NCBI GenBank assembly: GCA_964356545.1
Contig: CAYHHX010000001.1
Span: 1,918-65,917 of the forward strand
Source of the DNA: an uncultured Candidatus Saccharibacteria bacterium
Lineage (GTDB): Bacteria; Patescibacteriota; Minisyncoccia; Minisyncoccales; Staskawiczbacteraceae
Length of the DNA stretch: 64,000 bases
Reading direction: 5' to 3'
How positions within the stretch are numbered: the first letter of the stretch is position 1; each line of letters opens with the position of its first letter. The notes beneath the pieces are model-generated. The model was given only the letters and a program-made list of their open reading frames with translations. It had not been told where the DNA came from and did not search any database. This document shows positions 47,171 to 56,110 of the stretch, in pieces. The translations under genes and the position numbers were made by a program.

Positions 47171-47581
47171 ATGGAAAAACTAAAACAAGCAAGGTGGGCA
47201 AATTTTGATGAAATAACATCTCGCATTATTTCATTCGAAGGCAAACAACCTATTCAAATGAAGCATAGCGATGGTACAGCATTGCCACTACTAGTAGACG
47301 ATTCAAAAACTAATAAATTTGGAGCAGATATTATTAGGTTTGCGCCAGGAGAAGGTGTTGGACTTCATAAGCATATTGGTGCGCACATTCTTATGGTAAC
47401 AAAAGGCAGTGGTATACTTGTGTATGAGGACGAAAGACACTCTATGTTCGAAGGGATGATTTATTTAGTTCCATCAAATATTGCTCATGCAATTGAGGCG
47501 ACAACAGAGATAGTACTGGTAGCAATTGGCAATGACTATAGACCAGCTAATAGTGAAGAGCGTCTCAATATTGTAGGCTAA
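47171..47581 (+). CDS. Cupin-domain protein.
   Basis: 'PGEGVGLHKHIGAHILMVTKGSGILVYEDE...LVPSNIAHAIE' is the cupin_2 two-motif pattern (G-x5-HxH...G...H). Confidence 0.65.
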   Translation: MEKLKQARWANFDEITSRIISFEGKQPIQMKHSDGTALPLLVDDSKTNKFGADIIRFAPGEGVGLHKHIGAHILMVTKGSGILVYEDERHSMFEGMIYLVPSNIAHAIEATTEIVLVAIGNDYRPANSEERLNIVG

Positions 47582-47597
47582 TTAATGTGACAAGAAT

Positions 47598-48974
47598 ATG
47601 ATTTTTAACCTTGAACTTTTTAAACAACATTTACAAGATGCGGAAGTTATCATGTTTAAAAATGAAATTAGGGGATCTTTGACATACTTGCAATATGGGA
47701 TGGAAGTTAGAAATAAAATATACTCACTGGCCATGGATATGCTAAGAGATGATGAATTTAAGGAAATTAAATTGTCGGATATTATAAGAAAATCAGATGT
47801 CGTAAAACTCGATTCGATTTCTTTAATATCGGAAAATTATTTTTCCATTATTGAAAATAACTTTAATATGGCGGCGGGGCACGAAATACCGTTTTATTTG
47901 TTTTTAAAGAAATATTTAAAACTTTTTCGTCCTGTTGTTTTTCCTATTAAATTTTTTAATTTTGGATCAGTTTTCAGATTTCCAAAGAAGACAAAGTTCC
48001 CTTTCAACTTAGGAGAGCGGAGGTCCTTTTTAGAATGCTTTATAGTTTACAAAAACGAAAAAAGTAAAGAAAAGTATATTAATTGGGCAGTTGAGTGGAA
48101 TAGACAATTAATAAAAGAAAAATTACATTTACCGTCAATTGAGGTCGAACGTCCTTTGATAACTAACAAATCTTTTTCTCGTAAAACTATTTGTATAGAT
48201 TCGTTGACTCCTATAGGTATAAGCGTTATTACGGGAATGTCCTACTTTCACGATGATATATTTACAAAGTTATTAGAAATAAAATATAAACACAATCTTA
48301 CCGGTAAAAGTAAATTATTTCATGCCATGCATTTTGGAATTAGTGATAACTTATTTTTTTCCTATCTGATTAATTGTCATGACGGAAGAGGGTTTCGTAT
48401 GCTTAATAATATTGCTCCACTTCATATTGAAATCATAATAAGCGATGATGTGAAACCCAAACCCTTTGAATTGGAGTTGATTACTAAATATCTTGATGAA
48501 AAAAAGTATCGGTATAATGTAGAATATGCGAAGAAACTGCAAAAACCGCGTTTTTATATCAAAAAAAATATCATAAATGGTACACCCCTCACCATTATTT
48601 TTTCACATTATAATAGTAGTAGTATGACTTTATTTTATAGAGGAGATTTCGCTACTCAAGAATTTAAGATAAACGACTTGTATCTTATTGATGATTTTTT
48701 GAAGAAAAATGACGAAGAAATTATTTGTCATTTTAAAATAATAGAAGCTGAAACTATAGTTGAATGTGATACGATTGAAGATGTAAACAGATCGCTCTTG
48801 GATGGAAAAGTGTGCAAAATTTACTTAAAAAATAATGATAATAATATTCAAAACTGGAATCAAAAATTATTGCTTGTCCATGTGCTTGGTTTTTGCATTA
48901 GTAAAAATAGTGGTTACGACATCTTAACAGGAGATTCTGTCTTTACATTAGCTTATATCTCAAAAAGGTCATAA
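47598..48974 (+). CDS. Class II aminoacyl-tRNA-synthetase-like paralog (catalytic-core-like, no obvious anticodon-binding domain), otherwise hypothetical.
   Basis: 'FGSVFRFPKKTKFPFNLGERRSFLECFIVY' resembles class IIa aaRS motif 2 (G-x-x-F-R-N-E-x7-L-x-R-V-R-E-F-x-x-x-E...F), with Pro in place of the canonical Glu. Extremely A+T-rich gene. Confidence 0.35.
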   Translation: MIFNLELFKQHLQDAEVIMFKNEIRGSLTYLQYGMEVRNKIYSLAMDMLRDDEFKEIKLSDIIRKSDVVKLDSISLISENYFSIIENNFNMAAGHEIPFYLFLKKYLKLFRPVVFPIKFFNFGSVFRFPKKTKFPFNLGERRSFLECFIVYKNEKSKEKYINWAVEWNRQLIKEKLHLPSIEVERPLITNKSFSRKTICIDSLTPIGISVITGMSYFHDDIFTKLLEIKYKHNLTGKSKLFHAMHFGISDNLFFSYLINCHDGRGFRMLNNIAPLHIEIIISDDVKPKPFELELITKYLDEKKYRYNVEYAKKLQKPRFYIKKNIINGTPLTIIFSHYNSSSMTLFYRGDFATQEFKINDLYLIDDFLKKNDEEIICHFKIIEAETIVECDTIEDVNRSLLDGKVCKIYLKNNDNNIQNWNQKLLLVHVLGFCISKNSGYDILTGDSVFTLAYISKRS

Positions 48975-49094
48975 ATAGAAAAAATTAAGTCGTTAAGCAA
49001 ATGAAAAAACAAATAGTAATAATTCACCGGGGTTTCGCATTTGATACGTATAAATATAATAAATGGGGTGAAATAGGGACAGAAATAGGAAATA

Positions 49095-49120
49095 GGGGAA
49101 ATGGGGACGGCCACCATTTT
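49095..49120. repeat. REP element preceded by tandem degenerate half-repeats (49061-49094).
   Basis: 'aaatggggtgaaatagggacagaaataggaaataggggaaatggggacggccaccatttt'. Confidence 0.6.
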
Positions 49121-49183
49121 ATTTAATATTTTTTATTTGAATAAAATAATTAAGTGGCTATAGTGTTGTTTTTTTAAAAACTG

Positions 49184-49212
49184 TTGATTGTTTTATTGAC
49201 AGGTGGTATTAT
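49184..49212 (+). promoter_or_regulatory. Promoter of repeated unit C (TTGATT-N17-TATTAT). The same arrangement is present in units B and D.
   Basis: TTGATT 49184-49189, 17-nt spacer, TATTAT 49207-49212. The ATG at 49220 sits ~7 nt downstream, so the transcript would be leaderless. Confidence 0.5.
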
Positions 49213-49219
49213 TAGCACG

Positions 49220-49369
49220 ATGAAGACAATAGAAAGAGGTAAGCAGATTTATACGCATAAAAATTCAAAGGTTGGAATTTCAATGTTCCGCGCTTTTTCT
49301 AGTGTTCCTGATAAATATCAGGAAAAGAGTCTTTCTCTTTCAAAAAGTATTTCTGAAAATTTTACTTAA
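49220..49369 (+). CDS. Conserved small protein (49 aa), copy C. Identical to copy D.
   Basis: MKTIERGKQIYTHKNSKVGISMFRAFSSVPDKYQEKSLSLSKSISENFT. See copies A and B for the selection argument. Confidence 0.5.
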   Translation: MKTIERGKQIYTHKNSKVGISMFRAFSSVPDKYQEKSLSLSKSISENFT

Positions 49370-49398
49370 AAATACACCAATTAGCAGGTGTATTTTTT
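49369..49398 (+). terminator. Intrinsic terminator of unit C.
   Basis: 'aatacaccaattagcaggtgtatttttt'. The stem is preserved relative to units A and B despite loop changes. Confidence 0.7.
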
Positions 49399-49415
49399 GA
49401 TTAAGTTAATGATTA

Positions 49416-49490
49416 TGCATTTTGGGGAACATCTTACAATTGATGGATATGGCGGTCTTTTTGAAAAGCTAAATGATAAAAATGGTGTCT
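49416..49490 (+). pseudogene. Second 5' fragment of the AdoMetDC-like gene (MHFGEHLTIDGYGGLFEKLNDKNGV*), ending in a degenerate REP.
   Basis: Same N-terminal peptide as at 44546, followed by 'aaaaatggtgtctgatccc' (a degenerate REP). Confidence 0.4.
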
Positions 49491-49641
49491 GATCCCACGT
49501 AGTATGTGAACCAGAGCTGGTGATTGACAACACTTTTTGGTTAATATAGTATGAAACTGAAGGATTAAGAAGCTTTGCGTTTTGCATATTTTTCCATGAT
49601 CCTTGTTGTTCTTTGAAAAAATAAAGGGAGGTTGGTAAAAC

Positions 49642-50670
49642 ATGAAGTACAATAACCATCTGAATCCGATGAGTGTGAGAGAGTTTTATTCCGATTCTGC
49701 TATGCCACTTTTTTACCAGGAGTGGGCTAATAACTCTGGTAAAGAACCTTTGAGTTCCAAAAAAGTCAGAATTGCTATTACCGAAAAGTGTAACTTCGCG
49801 TGTCCATTTTGTTATAACGAAGGAATGTCTAATATTTCAAAGATATTGAGCGTAGGAGATATTAGGTTAATTGCCGAGGCAATATCTCCTTACGTTTCAG
49901 GATTAAAGATTGTTGGTGGTGAGCCTTTGTTACATCCTCAGTTTGGCGAGGTTGTTGAGCTCTGTTCTAAAACTTGTTCAACAACTGTCACTACTAATGG
50001 GTTTTTCCTTGACCGATGGACTAAGTATTTGGAGAGACTTACTGGAATAACGGTAAGTATCCAATCGCTCAACCCAGAAATCTATCGGTCCTTAATGGGT
50101 ACTCGCTTTGGACCAGAAGTAGTATTAAGGCAGATATCCCTATTTACAGAAAAAACAGAGATACCAGTTTCTGTAAATTGCGTTTTGACAAATGAAAATT
50201 CTCCCTCGATTTTAAATTTCATCGAGGAAATAGTATCTTGTGGCGCCAATGCTGTAAATTTGTTGGGACTCCTTTGTATTACAGACAAGGACAAAGAGGG
50301 GTATTATCCCCTTACATCCATTGTTGCTATTCTGACCGACAAGTATGGTCAGCCCGAAGTTGTTTCAAGTACGAGATTGAGATTTAGAATAAAAGAAAGC
50401 GTCCACACAGATGTTGTATACCAATTCTGTATGGTGGGCTGTGGTGTTTGTCGAACCGACGGATTTATTCGATTCGATCCAACGCCTGCTATTTCTTACT
50501 GCCTAGCGTCAGGTCCCATATCGATAAAGGAGGAAATTGATTCGAAAGATCCCTTAAAAATTCGTCAGTTGTTTTTAAGGGCTGTAAACCAGATGGGTCA
50601 ACCAACTGGTTATAAATACCAGGTTGTCTCCAGGAGACCAGACTCCAAGGGGATATACTCCTTATTGTAA
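49642..50670 (+). CDS. Radical SAM enzyme with a C-terminal Cys-rich (twitch/SPASM-like) region.
   Basis: 'ITEKCNFACPFCYNEG' (CX3CX2C) and a second cluster 'QFCMVGCGVCRTDG'. Strong SD 'aaagggagg' precedes the ATG. Putative promoter TTGACA ~49527. Confidence 0.7.
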   Translation: MKYNNHLNPMSVREFYSDSAMPLFYQEWANNSGKEPLSSKKVRIAITEKCNFACPFCYNEGMSNISKILSVGDIRLIAEAISPYVSGLKIVGGEPLLHPQFGEVVELCSKTCSTTVTTNGFFLDRWTKYLERLTGITVSIQSLNPEIYRSLMGTRFGPEVVLRQISLFTEKTEIPVSVNCVLTNENSPSILNFIEEIVSCGANAVNLLGLLCITDKDKEGYYPLTSIVAILTDKYGQPEVVSSTRLRFRIKESVHTDVVYQFCMVGCGVCRTDGFIRFDPTPAISYCLASGPISIKEEIDSKDPLKIRQLFLRAVNQMGQPTGYKYQVVSRRPDSKGIYSLL

Positions 50671-50839
50671 AGTACACGAGGGGTGCATACATCTGCATCC
50701 CTTTTTCTTTATTATTTTTCTAGATAGTTATAAAATATATATCTTTATGTAGGGGTGGTAGAGGGATTACTAATTTGGGTGCAACCAAATTATTTAAAGG
50801 TTCAACTCCTTTCCCCTACTCTGCCATTTTTTAATAAAA

Positions 50840-52219
50840 ATGAGAAAAATAACTAATAAATCTGAATTCAAAAAAGAATATCAAAAACAGTGTCTTTTCT
50901 TTGGTAAAAATTTAAAAGTTAAAGGTTTTATTAATACTAATATAATAAAAGTAATTGGTAGTAATTTAGAAATATATAAACAGATATTGTCTCAAGAAAA
51001 AAAGCCCATAAAACTAAAGTATATTTATGATAGAATAGAGAATTATAATAATTACTTAAAATTTTTAAGGAACGTATCAGAAAAAAATATCACAAAACCA
51101 CCTCTTGCTCTTTATTCATCCACTGCAAACCTAATTAATAATGGAAATTATGATCTTAGAATTAATTATGTATTAAATATATTTAATACAAATCACCACT
51201 TCTTATTTATTTTTTTAGAAGAGCCTATTTTTCATTCCGATAAAGATTTTAAAATAACAATCGTAAAAGAAAAATTAACAATAGATTTTAAAAGACATAA
51301 ATTTTTAGAAATAAAAAACAATATTTCTTATTGGGACAGAAAAATAAAAAGAGATATTGGGTCGTATATAGAAAATTTATCATTTAAAAATAAAGAATGG
51401 CTCAAAGAAAGATATTTTACGATTTTTGACTTTATTTTTAAATTAATTTTAGATTCTAATTCATATGAAGAACTATCAAAAAAAGTAGCAATTGACTGTT
51501 TGTTAATAGAAGGTTTCCAAGGAGTAATATTAAATCAATTAGATTTGATTGATCTACTAAAAAATAGAGTAGACTTCAGAGAATTATTTAATAATAAAGA
51601 CATTGAAATAGATATAATAAAATGCTGTGTTTGCGATAAACAGCACATAGGTCCATTTAAAAGAAATCTATCCGAAGGAATTTCGTGTGGCGATTTAAAC
51701 TGGTCTATTATATCTAATTCAAAAATAAGATTTAAAAAAGCTCTATTACCCTTTGTAGTATTATTTTACTTGAATATTATACCCGTATTATCTGATCATA
51801 ATTATTCAGAAAAAATCAAGAAATTTGAATCGACGAATAAATTAGATAAAGAAAATATTTGGTTTGCCTTACGCAAAATAAAATTCATATCTCTTTTCAA
51901 AGAATCAATGACATATATTAATATTTTAGCCGAGGGAGTAAATAAAGATATATATAAGCATATTAAAAATTGGAATAATCAAAAAGCAATTATTATTGGC
52001 AATCAAAGCTTTTATAAATTGAAAAACAAACAAGCTGATTTTATTTCCTTAAATAAATCGAATTTTTCTAAAAATATATTGAATATTATAAAAAAGAGAG
52101 AAGAGTTAAGGGTACTCAAAAAGTGGCATGAGGCTGATGCACTGAAAATAAAGCTTATATACTTAGGGATTGATTTTATTGAATCTGGAGGTAAGACTTT
52201 AGTTAGGGAAATTGGCTAA
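50840..52219 (+). CDS. Hypothetical protein (very A+T-rich, N/K/I-rich).
   Basis: 459-aa ORF with no recognisable motif. Composition is even more A+T-rich than the window average. Confidence 0.35.
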   Translation: MRKITNKSEFKKEYQKQCLFFGKNLKVKGFINTNIIKVIGSNLEIYKQILSQEKKPIKLKYIYDRIENYNNYLKFLRNVSEKNITKPPLALYSSTANLINNGNYDLRINYVLNIFNTNHHFLFIFLEEPIFHSDKDFKITIVKEKLTIDFKRHKFLEIKNNISYWDRKIKRDIGSYIENLSFKNKEWLKERYFTIFDFIFKLILDSNSYEELSKKVAIDCLLIEGFQGVILNQLDLIDLLKNRVDFRELFNNKDIEIDIIKCCVCDKQHIGPFKRNLSEGISCGDLNWSIISNSKIRFKKALLPFVVLFYLNIIPVLSDHNYSEKIKKFESTNKLDKENIWFALRKIKFISLFKESMTYINILAEGVNKDIYKHIKNWNNQKAIIIGNQSFYKLKNKQADFISLNKSNFSKNILNIIKKREELRVLKKWHEADALKIKLIYLGIDFIESGGKTLVREIG

Positions 52220-52246
52220 TTTTTTAATATCTAAAAAGAATACATT

Positions 52247-52921
52247 ATGAATAATCCGCTCAAAGCTATCGTATTATTCTTTGAAGGAGAAATTTCAAGA
52301 ATAGAGAAAATAAAAAAAATCAAAAAGAGAAGCAATAAATTTGTGGTTCTCTGTGGTCCAAGTGGAAGTGGCAAAAATATGATAATAAAACATCTTATTG
52401 ATCATTACGATTTCAGGGGACTTCCTTCTTTAACCACAAGATCGTTACGAAAGGGTGATGGTGAGCTTGAGATATTGTCTATGGGCAGGGATGAATTTAT
52501 GGAAAGGGAGCTCGATGGTAAAATATTTTTACCTGTACATAATTATGGTAACTTATATGGGTATGATATAAATACAGTATTAAATAGCATTATTCAGAAA
52601 AGTAGTATTGTTATTGAATCTCCTACAGCCAACTTAACGACAGATGTGGCGTATTTCTTACCTGAAGCCATGGTAATAGGAATAATACCATCAACTACTA
52701 ATGAGTTAGAACATCAATTGAATCTTCGGGGACTAAATGAAAAAAGAGACAAAAGGATACGATTATTAAATACAGAAATTGAAAAAGAACATATTATGGG
52801 TGCTTCAGAATTAATGGAAATTAATCAAGTAGTTCCTATTCCCGGGGTACCACAAGATACGCTTTCTCAAATTGACAGACTAATGGAAGAAAAAGGATTT
52901 AAAAAGAAAATAGCAGAATAA
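52247..52921 (+). CDS. gmk: Guanylate kinase-like P-loop kinase.
   Basis: 'VVLCGPSGSGKNMI', 'SLTTRSLRKGDGE' (compare Gmk 'SxTTRxPRxGExxG') and 'GNLYGYDINTV'. Confidence 0.5.
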   Translation: MNNPLKAIVLFFEGEISRIEKIKKIKKRSNKFVVLCGPSGSGKNMIIKHLIDHYDFRGLPSLTTRSLRKGDGELEILSMGRDEFMERELDGKIFLPVHNYGNLYGYDINTVLNSIIQKSSIVIESPTANLTTDVAYFLPEAMVIGIIPSTTNELEHQLNLRGLNEKRDKRIRLLNTEIEKEHIMGASELMEINQVVPIPGVPQDTLSQIDRLMEEKGFKKKIAE

Positions 52922-53067
52922 ATATTTATTCTATAAAAAGTGATGTAAGTTGACTAATTATTTCAATAGTGATAAATTAAACACAATTCAATTGCACCTT
53001 AAAAACTTAATAAAGTACGGGCGATTGATTGCAAGCATGGTCTATGAAACAACGAAAGGAAAATCTC

Positions 53068-54453
53068 ATGTCTCAGTCAGTCTACCTCTTTGATACCTAT
53101 CAAAGAGAGAAAAGGTTGTTCATTCCACTTGAACAAGGCAATATCAAGATATACACTTGTGGACCCACGGTGTATGACTACCCGCACATCGGCAATCTCC
53201 GTGCATACATTTTTGCGGATGTTCTTCGCAGGATGTTTGAATACAACGGATACAAAGTGCGACACGTGATCAATATCACTGATGTTGGTCATCTTACCTC
53301 TGATTCTGACTACGGCGAGGACAAAATGGAGTTAAGTGCCCAGAGACAAAAGCGTTCTGCATTAGAGATCGCCGATTTGTATACGGGAATCTTTAAACAG
53401 AATCTTTTTGACCTCAACATCAAAGATCCTACTGTCTGGTGCAAGGCGACCGATCACATCAGTGAGCAGATTGTCTTGATCCAACGGTTGGAGAAGGCTG
53501 GGTATACATATTTGACTTCCGACGGTGTCTACTTTGACACCTCTAAGCTGTCAAACTACGGTTATCTTGCTCGTTTGGATGTTGAAGGAATCGAGCCAGG
53601 TGCTCGGGTTGAGTTGGGAGAAAAAAGGAATCCGACCGACTTCGCACTTTGGAAACTCTCTCCGAAAGAGAAGACAAGGCAGATGGAATGGCCGAGTCCA
53701 TGGGGGGCTGGATTTCCTGGCTGGCACATTGAGTGCAGTGCTATGGCGATGAAGTACTTGGGAGAGATGATAGATGTTCACACTGGTGGCATTGATCATA
53801 TTCCAGTACATCATACTAATGAAATAGCGCAGTCGGAGTCCGTAACCGGTCAGAAGTTCGTCAACTACTGGCTACATGTGGCGTTTCTGACTGTCGAAAG
53901 TCAGAAAATGTCAAAGAGCGCAGGGACATTTATTACCTTGCAAGAGGTTATCGATCGTCACTACGACCCTTTGGCGTTTCGCTACATGGCACTGACTTCT
54001 CACTACCGCGCTGGTCTAAATTTCACATGGGATGGATTAAAGGGTGCTCAAAAGGCACTCGCCTCCTTACGTGAAAAGGTGTCTCAGTACCAGCGCAAAG
54101 AGGTGGCACCTGACGAAGAATCTCTGACGGAGTTTAGGAGTCGCATTAACAATGATCTGAACACTCCCCAAGCTTTGGCGTTTCTATTTGAGGTTGTCAG
54201 GTCAAATTTGCTTGACACTGTCAAGCGGGCAACCATGCTTGAGTTTGACAAGGTGCTGGGGCTCAAGTTGGATCAAGTTTCGGCGGAAAGCGATGTACCG
54301 CAAGATGTGGTGGAGCTCTTGGTCCAACGCCAACAGTTCCGCAGGGAGAAAAATTGGAAGGAATCCGACCGCGTTCGTCAGGAGATCGTCGCTAAAGGAT
54401 ACGATGTCGAAGATACGCCTGAAAGGTCACGAGTTGTCAAAAAAGGGTTGTAA
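53068..54453 (+). CDS. cysS: Cysteinyl-tRNA synthetase.
   Basis: HIGH-class motif 'PHIGNLRAY', 'KMSKSAGTF' and a CysRS-like zinc site 'WHIECSAM'. Start at ATG 53068 after SD 'aaaggaaa'. The gene is markedly more G+C-rich than its flanks. Confidence 0.85.
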   Translation: MSQSVYLFDTYQREKRLFIPLEQGNIKIYTCGPTVYDYPHIGNLRAYIFADVLRRMFEYNGYKVRHVINITDVGHLTSDSDYGEDKMELSAQRQKRSALEIADLYTGIFKQNLFDLNIKDPTVWCKATDHISEQIVLIQRLEKAGYTYLTSDGVYFDTSKLSNYGYLARLDVEGIEPGARVELGEKRNPTDFALWKLSPKEKTRQMEWPSPWGAGFPGWHIECSAMAMKYLGEMIDVHTGGIDHIPVHHTNEIAQSESVTGQKFVNYWLHVAFLTVESQKMSKSAGTFITLQEVIDRHYDPLAFRYMALTSHYRAGLNFTWDGLKGAQKALASLREKVSQYQRKEVAPDEESLTEFRSRINNDLNTPQALAFLFEVVRSNLLDTVKRATMLEFDKVLGLKLDQVSAESDVPQDVVELLVQRQQFRREKNWKESDRVRQEIVAKGYDVEDTPERSRVVKKGL

Positions 54454-54470
54454 AGATCACAATCTTAAAT

Positions 54471-54505
54471 TCAAGAGGTTGTAGTACAAAAACTACAACC
54501 TCTTT
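54471..54505 (+). terminator. Intrinsic terminator after cysS.
   Basis: 'aagaggttgtagtacaaaaactacaacctcttttttc'. Confidence 0.7.
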
Positions 54506-54518
54506 TTTCTTATTACAA

Positions 54519-54555
54519 GGAAATGGGGAAATGGAAATGGGGACAGCCATTATTT
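54519..54555. repeat. REP element with tandem half-repeats.
   Basis: 'ggaaatggggaaatggaaatggggacagccattattt'. Confidence 0.6.
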
Positions 54556-54665
54556 GACAATAAAATAGAAACAGAAATAAAATCTATTTTGAAATTAAGT
54601 GGCTTACCGTCGCTTTTTTTTAAAAACTGTTGATTGTTTTATTGACAGGTGGTATTATTAGCACG

Positions 54666-54815
54666 ATGAAGACAATAGAAAGAGGTAAGCAGATTTATAC
54701 GCATAAAAATTCAAAGGTTGGAATTTCAATGTTCCGCGCTTTTTCTAGTGTTCCTGATAAATATCAGGAAAAGAGTCTTTCTCTTTCAAAAAGTATTTCT
54801 GAAAATTTTACTTAA
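54666..54815 (+). CDS. Conserved small protein (49 aa), copy D.
   Basis: Identical to copy C, including the promoter (54630-54658). Terminator at 54815-54846. Confidence 0.5.
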   Translation: MKTIERGKQIYTHKNSKVGISMFRAFSSVPDKYQEKSLSLSKSISENFT

Positions 54816-54857
54816 AAATACACCAATTAGCAGGTGTATTTTTTGATTAAGTTAATG

Positions 54858-55475
54858 ATTGATTTTACAGATTCAAAATCGGTAATTGGGCTCATCGCAG
54901 GCATTATTGCTTTTACGGCTTATATTATCTATATAATTTCAATATTAAAAGGCAGAACCAAGCCAAATAGGTCAACTTGGTGGATTTGGTCGTTTATGGG
55001 ATTGGTGGTTGGACTAAGTTATTATTTATCAGGCGCCGTTAATACTATTTGGGTTCCAGTAGTTGAGTTTATAGGGCCATTATCTATTGCACTATTGTCT
55101 GTAAAATATGGAGAAGGGAAGTTGAGCGATAAAACAGACTTAATTTGTCTCGTTGGCGCGGTTTTGAGTGTAATTTTATGGATAATATTTAATAATCCTG
55201 TTATTGCTTTAGTAACCAATTTAGCGGCCGATTCATTTGCTATTGTTCCTACTATTAAAAAATCATATTTACGACCAGAAGGAGAAGATTTTTGGGCATG
55301 GCTTGGCACAGGCACCGCCGACAGTTTGAATTTCTTTGCTGTTGAAAGATTTTCCTTTGCGATTCTTATTTATCCGATTTATATGCTCGTTTCAGACCTT
55401 ATTATAGTTATAGTATTATTAATGAAGAAAAAAGATATTATGAAAGATACTAGTTTTCTTAGAAAAAAAATATGA
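54858..55475 (+). CDS. Hypothetical multi-pass membrane protein whose start codon lies inside the 3' end of repeated unit D.
   Basis: The ATG at 54858 is the same 'gttaATGatt' that precedes the AdoMetDC-like fragment in unit C. About six hydrophobic helices. Confidence 0.45.
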   Translation: MDFTDSKSVIGLIAGIIAFTAYIIYIISILKGRTKPNRSTWWIWSFMGLVVGLSYYLSGAVNTIWVPVVEFIGPLSIALLSVKYGEGKLSDKTDLICLVGAVLSVILWIIFNNPVIALVTNLAADSFAIVPTIKKSYLRPEGEDFWAWLGTGTADSLNFFAVERFSFAILIYPIYMLVSDLIIVIVLLMKKKDIMKDTSFLRKKI

Positions 55476-55954
55476 AAAAAGATTTATACGTTGCAAAAAG
55501 TAAAACTCACGGTAAAGGAATTTTTACCAAGAGAGATATAAAAAAAGGAGAAAATATTTGTATCATCAGGGGCCCAGAGATGTTTAAAATCAACAAAAAC
55601 ATGAAAGATGTTTTATCTCATCCAAATTGGGTAGGTTTTAAAATAAATAATTGGGTAGACCCAGTTCCACCATATAAATATCTAAATCATTCATGTGACG
55701 CTAATGCTGCAATTAAAGGTCGTAAAACTCTTATAGCTATTCGTGATATCAAAGAAGGGGATGAAGTTACTATAGATTATTCAACGATTGAGGCTGATTC
55801 TCGTTGGTATATGAAATGTGAATGTGGGAGTAAAAATTGCAGAGGTATAATAAAATCAATCCAAGAACTTCCGGAAAAAGTTTATAAAAATTACTATCCA
55901 TATATTTCTAAAGATTTTCAGCGTGCATATGAGAGAAGTAATAAAAAAAACTAA
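55472..55954 (+). CDS. SET-domain protein (putative protein-lysine methyltransferase) with a post-SET Cys cluster.
   Basis: 'NHSCDANAAIKG' (NHSCxPN motif), 'EGDEVTIDYS' and 'WYMKCECGSKNCRG'. Confidence 0.75.
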   Translation: MKKDLYVAKSKTHGKGIFTKRDIKKGENICIIRGPEMFKINKNMKDVLSHPNWVGFKINNWVDPVPPYKYLNHSCDANAAIKGRKTLIAIRDIKEGDEVTIDYSTIEADSRWYMKCECGSKNCRGIIKSIQELPEKVYKNYYPYISKDFQRAYERSNKKN

Positions 55955-55956
55955 AA

Positions 55957-56106
55957 ATGGATAAAAAATCAAAAGTTTTAATATTTATTTTTTTAACAAT
56001 AGTTATAGTGTCTATTTTTATTGCTTTTTATCGATATATAATATTAGAGGACATTACTTTTTATACTGATGAAGAATTATTCGAGCAATCATTATTAGAA
56101 GAATAA
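55957..56106 (+). CDS. Small single-TM protein (49 aa) upstream of the histidine kinase. Not in the ORF track (<60 aa).
   Basis: MDKKSKVLIFIFLTIVIVSIFIAFYRYIILEDITFYTDEELFEQSLLEE. No RBS evidence, so low confidence. Confidence 0.25.
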   Translation: MDKKSKVLIFIFLTIVIVSIFIAFYRYIILEDITFYTDEELFEQSLLEE

Positions 56107-56110
56107 TATT

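Noticed and set aside
49184-49369. ORF-track start coordinates of the repeated small ORFs (TTG/ATG at 49184, 54630, 44316, 15016)
   Set aside because: Those extended starts read through the unit's own -35/-10 promoter. The conserved alignment and promoter geometry favour the internal ATGs (15082, 44364, 49220, 54666).
44290-54860. Could the four ~230-bp repeats be a CRISPR array?
   Set aside because: The repeats are ~230 bp and separated by 5 kb or more of gene-containing DNA. There are no short regularly spaced spacers, and no cas genes are recognisable. So this is not a CRISPR array.
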